Shown piece after piece: positions 52,540 through 60,857 of a stretch of DNA of 64,000 nt. The number at the start of each line of letters is the position of its first letter. Position 1 is the first letter of the stretch. The DNA is from Clostridia bacterium (GTDB lineage: Bacteria; Bacillota; Clostridia; UMGS1883). The position numbers and the translations under genes are program-made. Below the pieces are notes generated by a model. That model was not told the origin of the DNA. It saw only the letters and a list, made by a program, of their open reading frames with translations, and made no database searches. Location of the stretch: contig JAFQLL010000096.1 in NCBI GenBank assembly GCA_017414645.1, forward strand, positions 234-64,233. Reading direction: 5' to 3'.

Positions 52540-53759
52540 TTTCTATTCACCAATACTTCCTTTTCGTATTTGATAACTTCTTCGTAGTAATTGTCCGCAA
52601 CGCCTTCACGCTTTAAGAATTCTCTCCATACTTCGCCAAAGGGTGCTGTTTTCAATTCTTCGGACAGATACATAAGGTATGTAAAATCGTTGTTTTCCTG
52701 AATCTGCTTCATGTCCGAGGGCTCTAAAAGTGCATATAAAAGAGCCTTCTGCACACTTCTTACACCTGTTACCCAGGCAGAAATGCGGTTGATGGATGCG
52801 TCGAAATAGTCTGTGGATATAAACACTCTGTCAAGTGCATCGTTACGAACAATTTCCTTTGCAATTTCCTTTGTTTCGTCGTCAAAGAGCACAACGTGGT
52901 CGCTGTCCCATCTTACGGGGCGTGTAACATGAAGGGCAATTTTGTCGTTAAAGAGCAAAAGAGAAGAGATTTTGTCGGAAACCATTTCTGTAGGGTGATA
53001 ATGGCCATTGTCCATAAGGGGTGTTATACCCTTTGCCTGCGCATAGGAAAGGCAGAATTCAGATGAGCCTACTGTGTAGCTTTCAAGACCGATACCAAAA
53101 ACCTTGCTTTCAACGGTTATGTAAACCTGTGTCTTATCGTAGGGAGTTGCGAGAATTTCATCAAGGCTCTTTTTATATCTTTCGCGGGGACCCAGGCGGT
53201 CAGCAGGAATGTCCTTATAGCCGTCGGGAATCCAGATGTTCATAACGCAGGGGATGCCTGTTTCTTTTGCAAAATAGTCGGCAATTTTAACGCACTGCAC
53301 ACCGTGGCGCACCCAATATGCTCTTACCTCCTCGTCGGGAGAAGAAAGAGTTAAATTGTCTTTTACCATGGGATGCGAGAAGAATGTGGGGTTGAAGTCA
53401 AGTCCCCAGCCGTTCTTTTTTGCAAATTCTACCCAGGGAGCAAAATCGGCAGGCTCAATTTCATCTCTGCCCTTTTTGCCGTCATGGATTGCATAGCTTG
53501 CGTGAAGGTTTAATTTCTTTTTGCCGGGCATGAGAGAAAATGCCTTCTCAATGTCTGCCATAAGCTCTTCTGGGGTGTTTGCCTTGCCCGGATAGTTACC
53601 TGTTGCCTGGATACCGCCGGAGAGGGTTTCACGGCTGTCAAAGCCTGTTACATCGTCACCCTGCCAGCAATGCACCGAGATTGTAACATCTCTCAATTTT
53701 TCAATAGCCTCTTCAACATTTACACCAAATTCTGCATAGTACTTTTTTGCGTTGTCCAT
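52536..53759 (-). CDS. rhaA: L-rhamnose isomerase
   Basis: ISVHCWQGDDVTGF and the NLHASYA pattern of RhaA. 4-nt overlap with rhaD. Confidence 0.9.
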   Translation of the reverse strand: MDNAKKYYAEFGVNVEEAIEKLRDVTISVHCWQGDDVTGFDSRETLSGGIQATGNYPGKANTPEELMADIEKAFSLMPGKKKLNLHASYAIHDGKKGRDEIEPADFAPWVEFAKKNGWGLDFNPTFFSHPMVKDNLTLSSPDEEVRAYWVRHGVQCVKIADYFAKETGIPCVMNIWIPDGYKDIPADRLGPRERYKKSLDEILATPYDKTQVYITVESKVFGIGLESYTVGSSEFCLSYAQAKGITPLMDNGHYHPTEMVSDKISSLLLFNDKIALHVTRPVRWDSDHVVLFDDETKEIAKEIVRNDALDRVFISTDYFDASINRISAWVTGVRSVQKALLYALLEPSDMKQIQENNDFTYLMYLSEELKTAPFGEVWREFLKREGVADNYYEEVIKYEKEVLVNRK

Positions 53760-53761
53760 AC

Positions 53762-55120
53762 TTAGACCTCCTCAATACTAAATGAAGTTTTAACCAGCTC
53801 TCTGGCTTTTTCAACAGAAAGGGTTTTGTCGGAATACATAAGCTGGCTTAAAATATTGCCTATAGCCGTTGCTTCAACAGGGCCTGCATAAACCTTTTTG
53901 CCTGTGTATTCCTTTAATAATTCATTAAGGTACCTATCGCGGCTGCCACCGCCCACAACAGCGATGTTTGTAGCGCTGATACCTGTTATACGCTCAATTT
54001 CTTCAATGGTTTTCTTATAGGTCTTTGCAAGAGAATGATAGGTTGCGCAAAGCACATCCTTAATGTTGGCTTTTTCGCCCAAACACTCTTGTATTGCACT
54101 TACCATGTCCTTAGGCGCGGTAAGCCTTGAGTCGTTGGGGTCAAAGGTTTTTGTGTAGGAGCTTTCCTTTGCCATTTCCATCATTTCATCATATGTGTAT
54201 TTTTTGCCAAGGCTTCGTCTTATACCCTGGAAAAGCCACATTCCCATAATGTTTTTAAGAAACCTGTAGCGGAAGTCTATACCGCCTTCGTTTGTAAAGT
54301 TTGCTTCTTCGGCGCTCTTTATGGTACACGCCTCTTTAAGCTCACAGCCCATGAGGCTCCATGTGCCCGAGGATATGTAAACGCCGCCGTCACTTACGGG
54401 GCAGGCCAAAACAGCACTTGCCGTGTCGTGAGAGGGTGCAAAGACAACGGTTGCGTTAAAGCCGATTTCCTCCTGAATTTCTTTTGTAAAAGAGCCTACC
54501 TCCTCCGAGGGGGTGCTGAGAGGCTTGAAAATGCTCTTATCAATGCCCAATCTTTCCAGGAGCTCACCATCCCATGTGTTACTTCTTGCGTTCACAAGGT
54601 TTGTGGTGGTAGCGTTTGTATATTCGTTTTTAATTTCACCTGTCAATTTAAAGGAAAGGTATTCGGGCATCATGAGAAAATGCTTTGCATTATTGAGCTT
54701 GCCCGACTGCTTGTCGCGATAAAGCTGATAAATTGTGTTGAAGCTCTGAGTTTGTATGCCGGTTTTTTCGTACAAATCGGGACAAAGTGCCTTAACGGAA
54801 GAAACACAGCTTTGCGTGCTACTGTCGCGGTAGCACATGCAGGGGGTAATTTCCTTCTTATTTTCGTCAAGAAGCACATAGTCAACACCCCATGTATCGA
54901 TGGCAATTGTTGCCGGAAGCTTTCCTGTCTCACCGCATTTTTTGATGCCGTTCTTTACGTTTTCAAAAAGAGAGGCAATGTCCCATACGAGAGAGCCGTT
55001 TTCTTCAACGTAGCCGTTTTCAAAGCGATAAATTTCTTCGGTTACTATTTTGCCCTTTTCAATGTGTGCCAGAATATGCCTGCCTGATGAGGCACCAATG
55101 TCTATTGCTAAATGGTACAT
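53762..55120 (-). CDS. rhaB: Rhamnulokinase (FGGY family)
   Basis: LAIDIGASSGRHILAHIEKGKIVTEEIYRFENG...; first gene of the rhaBAD order. SD GGAGGG. Confidence 0.85.
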   Translation of the reverse strand: MYHLAIDIGASSGRHILAHIEKGKIVTEEIYRFENGYVEENGSLVWDIASLFENVKNGIKKCGETGKLPATIAIDTWGVDYVLLDENKKEITPCMCYRDSSTQSCVSSVKALCPDLYEKTGIQTQSFNTIYQLYRDKQSGKLNNAKHFLMMPEYLSFKLTGEIKNEYTNATTTNLVNARSNTWDGELLERLGIDKSIFKPLSTPSEEVGSFTKEIQEEIGFNATVVFAPSHDTASAVLACPVSDGGVYISSGTWSLMGCELKEACTIKSAEEANFTNEGGIDFRYRFLKNIMGMWLFQGIRRSLGKKYTYDEMMEMAKESSYTKTFDPNDSRLTAPKDMVSAIQECLGEKANIKDVLCATYHSLAKTYKKTIEEIERITGISATNIAVVGGGSRDRYLNELLKEYTGKKVYAGPVEATAIGNILSQLMYSDKTLSVEKARELVKTSFSIEEV

Positions 55121-55258
55121 ACATATCCCTCCAATAATTTAAGCATAACACACATATACGCCGTTTTCAATTTATTTTTGTTACCACGATATTTGTTTTT
55201 GATGCATAAAGACGAGTGAACAGGTCACCCGCTTGATTTTTTATGAAACTTTATATTG

Positions 55259-55777
55259 TCAGTCTTTTTTTGTCAACCGCGTTTCTTTGAAGTAGGTAAT
55301 GGCAGTTATGATTTCAACTAAGGCTTCATTTGCCATGCCACCCACAGATAATACTGCCACATTATACACAAAAGCAAAGGGCGATGAGATTAAAATCATT
55401 TTACGGGTGCCTACAGGTGTTTTTGCACTTACGGCAAGCGTATTGAAAATCATTGCTATACACATAAATACGGATATAGGCTCAGGACGGGATACAATAG
55501 CACTGCCGCCCATGACAATTGCAAAAAAGACCACCCATAATTTACTTTTAAAAATGGGTTTATAGTTAAAGTAGAAGACCAGATTTCTGACAATTGCAAT
55601 AAGGTTTACCGCACAGCCTGCTGCACCGGCGCCATTTGGAAGTAAAAAATAGTGAATTGCAAAAACAACGCCTGTCATGCATTGCATGATTATTATCTGT
55701 TTTTTTGTTTTCAGCTGAAAGCTTGTTACGGAAAGCACCATTGCAATAATGCCTATGGTCTGACAAATAATCTCCAT
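55259..55777 (-). CDS. YgjV-family inner membrane protein
   Basis: 172 aa, 5 TM. N-terminus QTIGIIAMVLSVTSFQLKTKKQIIIMQ is YgjV-like. SD AAGGAG. Confidence 0.55.
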   Translation of the reverse strand: MEIICQTIGIIAMVLSVTSFQLKTKKQIIIMQCMTGVVFAIHYFLLPNGAGAAGCAVNLIAIVRNLVFYFNYKPIFKSKLWVVFFAIVMGGSAIVSRPEPISVFMCIAMIFNTLAVSAKTPVGTRKMILISSPFAFVYNVAVLSVGGMANEALVEIITAITYFKETRLTKKD

Positions 55778-55789
55778 TTTTCTGCTCCT

Positions 55790-57343
55790 TTACACTATTT
55801 TTGTTGTTTTATCCTCAAGGTCCCAGATTTCGTCGCACACTGCAGTGTAAAATTCCGGTTCATGGCTTACAAGAAGAACTGTACCCTTGTATTCGCGGAT
55901 AGCACGCTTCAAGTCTTCCTTGGCATCAACATCGAGGTGGTTTGTGGGTTCGTCCAGCACAAGAAGGTTTACGTCCTTAAGCATGAGCTTGCAAAGGCGC
56001 ACCTTCGCGTTTTCGCCACCGGAAAGAACCTTCATCTGGCTTGTTATATGCTCGGTTGTAAGCCCGCACTTTGCCAGCGCCGCACGCGCTTCAGCGTTTG
56101 TAAGAGAGGGGTACAAATCCCAGATTTCCTCTAAAGCTGTTTTTGAAGAGGCAATTTCCTCCTGTTCAAAGTAGCCCACACTCATGAACTGGTCGTGCTC
56201 AACCTTGCCTTCAAAGGGCGGAATAATGCCCAAAAGAGTTTTTAACAGGGTGGATTTACCAAGACCGTTTACACCTCGGATTGCTATTTTTTTATTGCGT
56301 TCAACAATAAGGTCCCACTTTTTTGTAAGGGGCGAATCATAGCCGATAACAAGATTTGTTGCGCTTATTACAACTCTGCCCGGGGTACGGTCGCTTCTGA
56401 ATTTGAATTCGGGCTTTACTCTTTCAGGTGCAAGGGTTATTTTTTCCATTTTATCAAGCTGCTTCTGTCGGCTGCGAGCCAATGTTGCAGTGGCAGCTCT
56501 TGCCTTGTTGCGGGCAACAAAGTCCTCTAAGTCGGCAATTTCCTTCTGCTGCTTTGCATACGCCGCTTCCAGCTGGCGTTTCTTTAACGCATAGCTTTCT
56601 TCAAAGAAGGTGTAGTCGCCGCTGTAACGGGTAAGAATGGTGTTTTCAAGGTGATAAACAACGTTTATAACACTGTTTAAGAAAGGAATATCGTGGCTTA
56701 CTAAAATAAATGCATTTTCATAATTCTGCAAAAAGTTTGTGAGCCAACGGATGTGGTTTTCATCAAGGAAGTTTGTGGGCTCGTCTAAGATTAAAATCAT
56801 GGGGTTCTGGAGTAGCACCTTTGCAAGAAGCACCTTTGCTCTCTGACCGCCACTGAGCTCACTTACGTCACGGTCCAGACCTATCTGGTTAAGGCCTAAT
56901 CCTGCGGCCGTTTCGTTAATTTTTGTGTCGATGGTGTAGTAGCCCGACATGTCGAGAATTTCCTGCATCTCGCCAACATCTTCCATCATGAGAGCTATTT
57001 CCTCGTCGGAGGCTGTTGCCATTTTTTCGTAGGTTTCCATAATTTCAGCTTCAAGGTCAGTAAGGTGAGAAAAGGCTTCTCTCAACACATCGTAAATTGT
57101 TTTACCCTTTGTTAAGGTAGAATACTGATCAAGATAGCCTACGGTAATTCTCTTGCACCATTCTACCTTGCCCTCGTCAGGCGTGAGGTTGCCCATAATA
57201 ATATTTAAAAAGGTAGATTTACCCTCACCATTTGCACCAACAAGACCTATGTGCTCACCCTTTAAAAGGCGGAAGGATGCATCCTCAAGAATTTGTCTGC
57301 CACCAAAGCCGTGGGTTACGTGTTCAACATTTAAAATACTCAT
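55790..57343 (-). CDS. ABC-F family ATPase (two ABC cassettes, no TM domain)
   Basis: GLVGANGEGKST / LSGGQRAKVLLA / ILILDEPTNFLD and GVNGLGKSTLLK / LSGGENAKVRL / LLVLDEPTNHLD. Confidence 0.85.
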   Translation of the reverse strand: MSILNVEHVTHGFGGRQILEDASFRLLKGEHIGLVGANGEGKSTFLNIIMGNLTPDEGKVEWCKRITVGYLDQYSTLTKGKTIYDVLREAFSHLTDLEAEIMETYEKMATASDEEIALMMEDVGEMQEILDMSGYYTIDTKINETAAGLGLNQIGLDRDVSELSGGQRAKVLLAKVLLQNPMILILDEPTNFLDENHIRWLTNFLQNYENAFILVSHDIPFLNSVINVVYHLENTILTRYSGDYTFFEESYALKKRQLEAAYAKQQKEIADLEDFVARNKARAATATLARSRQKQLDKMEKITLAPERVKPEFKFRSDRTPGRVVISATNLVIGYDSPLTKKWDLIVERNKKIAIRGVNGLGKSTLLKTLLGIIPPFEGKVEHDQFMSVGYFEQEEIASSKTALEEIWDLYPSLTNAEARAALAKCGLTTEHITSQMKVLSGGENAKVRLCKLMLKDVNLLVLDEPTNHLDVDAKEDLKRAIREYKGTVLLVSHEPEFYTAVCDEIWDLEDKTTKIV

Positions 57344-57443
57344 ATATTAAATTCCTTTCGGGGAAAATTGTTTTCTACAATAATATACCTTATTTTTTGC
57401 GGTTTTGCAACAACGAAAACAAACTTTCAGGAAAGCTTTCCAT

Positions 57444-57476
57444 GCTAAAAGGAGCATTGCCATGCAATGCTCCTTT
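57444..57476 (-). terminator. Intrinsic terminator after the 1115-aa gene
   Basis: Minus strand: AAAGGAGCATTG-catgg-CAATGCTCCTTTT. Confidence 0.65.
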
Positions 57477-57489
57477 GTTAAGATTTAAA

Positions 57490-60400
57490 TTATTCTGCAA
57501 ACTGAATGCCGCCTGCCATAAGCTTGTCGCCGCCTATGCCCCAGCCGCCTATAAATGTAACCTTACCAAGGTCATCGGCTTTGGGTGCAGATGCGCGGTA
57601 TAAGTAATCTGCTGCCAAGGTATATTCATTGCCCTCTTCATCTGTTACCCATGCACTGAAGGTGCCTGCCTGAACATCGGTTTCAATGTGAATAAAATAC
57701 TTCTTGCCTGCTTCGTAGGGAACAGCTTCAAAGCTTTCAATAACTGTTCCGTTGTAAGCGTCCATTGTGCCGTCGGGCTTGAAGCGCACTACAATGTTGA
57801 ACTGGTCATACCAGGTGGGGTTAGAAGAGGAGGCTGTAATACCGATTACGTTGTCGGTTACCTCCAGGGGCTTAACAACCATATCAATTGTGCCGTTGGT
57901 TATTGCATTAAATTCTGTTGCCACAAAGCCTTCAGTTGAATAAATGGGCTCTTCGGGATAATAATCCCCTGCTGCAACATCGATTGCTTCAGTCTTATTA
58001 TCGGTAAGCACATATGTGTCGCTACCGTTTGTAACTGCAAAGGCTTCGCTACCTTCGGGAACGTAGAATACCACTGTTGCATCAGTTGGTACTACAAAGC
58101 CTTCAGGGGAAGCTACTACGCTACCATTCTTTGTTACCTTTTCCATGCCGCCGGTGTAAATTTCTTCCCCGTCAACAACCTCAAGGTAAGCCGCATTGCC
58201 TTCGTAGTTACCGCCCACTGCTGCGCTTTCTCTGTCAACGATGTATGCACCTGCTGTGGGAGCAAACAATGTAAAGGTTACCTTATCGGAAGCATTTGCA
58301 ACAAATTCTGTTACGTCGAAGGTTACCCACTGATTAACCTCTGCCTTCTGGCTTGTAATTTTTGCATTTGCAGGAATTGACATAAAGCCATCTGACCATA
58401 CAAGGTTTGATGTGTCGGCAAAATTGGCTGCTGTATAGCCATTTCCTTCGTTAACAACTTCCTCTGCACAGCCAACAGCAAGCTTCATTTCGTTTGCTGT
58501 GGATAAAACAAAGTTCTGGTTAACCTTTGCAACATAAACATTGAGCTTAACAGCCTTGCCCTCTTCGTAGTCCTCGGGAATGTTGAATGTAAGAAGAGGA
58601 ATACGGGGGTTGCCCACGTTTGAACCGCCTGTCATTGTGCTGTTTCCGTCTGCATCAACGTTTTCAATGTCAGAAATGCCGGAGGAACCGATAAAGAGCA
58701 TGTCTTCTGTGGCATTGCTTACAGCACCGTTTACAGGTGCAAAAGTATCAGCTATAACGGCGTTGTTATAAACAAGCTCAAATTCTACATTATGTATTTC
58801 AATGCCGTCATTTTCGGCTGCATATACTTGTTCTTCACTTCTTACAACATATGCCTTGCCATCCTGTTCGAAATAATATTCACCTGCAGGAATATCATAA
58901 AGAATGTCGCCCTCGTTATATTCTTCGAAAACTTCGCTCCAGGATGCAACTGCACCGTCCTCACCTGTAATTGTGTACTGAACGGTCTTTACAAGGGTTT
59001 CTTCAACAACTGCATCCTGATTGAATTCAACGTTTGCAACAGCTATCTTGTCGCCGCCTACGTTCCAGCCACCAACTACCGTAAGCTTGCCTAAATCGCC
59101 AGCCTTGGGAGCAGATGCACGGTATAAGTAATTCTCTGCTAATGTATATTCTGTTCCGTCGGGCGCTGTAATGTAAGAACTGAAGGTTCCGCTTTCCACG
59201 TTTGTGTCAATGTGGAGGTGGTATACCTTACCTGCTTCGTAGGTAATTGCTTCTTCGCTCTGCATTTGAGTAGCATTGTAAGCAAGAACCGTGCCGTCGG
59301 GACGGAAGCCGATTACGATGTTGAACTGGTCGTACCATGTGGGGTTAGAGTTGGACGCTGTAATACCGATTACGTTGTCTGCAACCTCAATGGGCTTAAT
59401 ATCCATGTCGATTGTGCCTGTGGTTATTGCGCCATAGGAAAGAGCCTCGAAGCCTGCTGTGGAATAGATAAAGTCCATAGCCTCTTCTGTTTCTTCCTCT
59501 GTCTCAGGTTCTGTAGGAGGCTCTGTTTCGGGCTCTTCGGGAGCCATGGAGGGATAGTAAACCTTAATGTTTCTCATTTCAAGGTCGCCGTCTTTAGCGC
59601 CGTTACCGCGAAGATTGATAGTGTTTATCATATCGGGGTTCTGTGCTCTGCGGAAGGTTTTGTCTTCTGCTGTATAAACATTGCCGTCTTCATCTGTAAC
59701 GTATACGCTGAAGGTGTCAGTTTCTGCGTTTGCCCATACGAGCATGCGGTAAACATCGCCTGCTGAAACAGTTTTTACAAGAACCGTACCGCCATCACTT
59801 GTACCGTTTTTGTTACCGCCTGTTGCTCTGAGAGCACCACCGTTGGGACTTATGCCGAAGGCACCGTTACCCCAGATTGAACCATTGTAACCAAACTGTG
59901 CGCCTGTGTCGCTAACGCGGTTAACTACCATGTCGAATTCAATTGCAAATTCGTCGGCAATTTCATAGGGCATATAAACTGCATTGTCACCATTACCTCT
60001 TGATGTAATACTGTCAAGAGCAAAGCTCTGAGGCAGAACTGTTACAACTGCTGTAGCAGGAAGGTCCGTTTCTTCGCAGGTACCATAAACAATGTTTTCG
60101 CCTACGCTGAGATCATTCAGATTCCAGCTTGTTACAGTTACGTTAGTCTGTGCGCCCATAGCTGTTGTTGCGCTAAGCTTAGTGGGCAGAACAGGAGTAT
60201 TGCCCTCAATAACAGTTGCGCTTACCTCTACAATTTCTGCTAAGGCATCAGCTGTGTAAGTGATATACACAGTGTTTACTGCTTCTGTTGCTTTAAGTGA
60301 GGTTTTGTTTCCGTCATCCTTTTTATATGTAATGCCGTTATATGAAATTTCATCGGGCACATAGGAAGTAAGGTTTATAATCTCGTTAAGATCTGATTTT

Positions 60401-60837
60401 ACGCTTACTGCAGATGCTATTTCTGTCTTGCCGTCTACGCTTGAAACAAATTTGATTATAGTTTCCGCATCAAAGGAAATTACGGCTTTGCCGGGGGCCT
60501 CAATAGCTGTACCACCTACATAAAGGTCGTAATTGCCGTTTCTGTCTGCTTCACGCATTTTTAAAGAATATGTAACCCTGTTTCCGTTAACATTCTTCTG
60601 GTCAACGTAAGCAATTTCTTCGTTTCCTGCTGTAAGTATGCTTGCGCCTTCTTTTACAACAAGAAGTGTGGATGTTTGTGCTGATTCGGGATTGTTATAA
60701 TCTACTGTAACCTGAACTTCTCTCTCGGAGTCTGTGCCAACGCTTACCGAAATACCTGTAATGCTTGCCGCCGACACGGAAACTGCCATTACAAGAGTAA
60801 GTATCAGGCTTGTTAAAACTATTGAAATTTTTTTCAT
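57490..60837 (-). CDS. Giant secreted multi-module protein (1115 aa), paralog of the 1359-aa protein, with an internally duplicated module of about 150 aa
   Basis: Signal peptide MKKISIVLTSLILTLVMAVSVSA. Pro/Glu/Thr linker PEEPETEPPTEPETEEETEE. Duplicated module ...VIGITASxSNPTWYDQFNIV...YLYRASAPKAxDLGK... SD GAAGGAGG. Confidence 0.8.
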   Translation of the reverse strand: MKKISIVLTSLILTLVMAVSVSAASITGISVSVGTDSEREVQVTVDYNNPESAQTSTLLVVKEGASILTAGNEEIAYVDQKNVNGNRVTYSLKMREADRNGNYDLYVGGTAIEAPGKAVISFDAETIIKFVSSVDGKTEIASAVSVKSDLNEIINLTSYVPDEISYNGITYKKDDGNKTSLKATEAVNTVYITYTADALAEIVEVSATVIEGNTPVLPTKLSATTAMGAQTNVTVTSWNLNDLSVGENIVYGTCEETDLPATAVVTVLPQSFALDSITSRGNGDNAVYMPYEIADEFAIEFDMVVNRVSDTGAQFGYNGSIWGNGAFGISPNGGALRATGGNKNGTSDGGTVLVKTVSAGDVYRMLVWANAETDTFSVYVTDEDGNVYTAEDKTFRRAQNPDMINTINLRGNGAKDGDLEMRNIKVYYPSMAPEEPETEPPTEPETEEETEEAMDFIYSTAGFEALSYGAITTGTIDMDIKPIEVADNVIGITASNSNPTWYDQFNIVIGFRPDGTVLAYNATQMQSEEAITYEAGKVYHLHIDTNVESGTFSSYITAPDGTEYTLAENYLYRASAPKAGDLGKLTVVGGWNVGGDKIAVANVEFNQDAVVEETLVKTVQYTITGEDGAVASWSEVFEEYNEGDILYDIPAGEYYFEQDGKAYVVRSEEQVYAAENDGIEIHNVEFELVYNNAVIADTFAPVNGAVSNATEDMLFIGSSGISDIENVDADGNSTMTGGSNVGNPRIPLLTFNIPEDYEEGKAVKLNVYVAKVNQNFVLSTANEMKLAVGCAEEVVNEGNGYTAANFADTSNLVWSDGFMSIPANAKITSQKAEVNQWVTFDVTEFVANASDKVTFTLFAPTAGAYIVDRESAAVGGNYEGNAAYLEVVDGEEIYTGGMEKVTKNGSVVASPEGFVVPTDATVVFYVPEGSEAFAVTNGSDTYVLTDNKTEAIDVAAGDYYPEEPIYSTEGFVATEFNAITNGTIDMVVKPLEVTDNVIGITASSSNPTWYDQFNIVVRFKPDGTMDAYNGTVIESFEAVPYEAGKKYFIHIETDVQAGTFSAWVTDEEGNEYTLAADYLYRASAPKADDLGKVTFIGGWGIGGDKLMAGGIQFAE

Positions 60838-60857
60838 TTTGCTTACCTCCTTCTATA

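Noticed and set aside
54428-55087. 219-aa + strand ORF
   Set aside because: It is antisense to rhaB.
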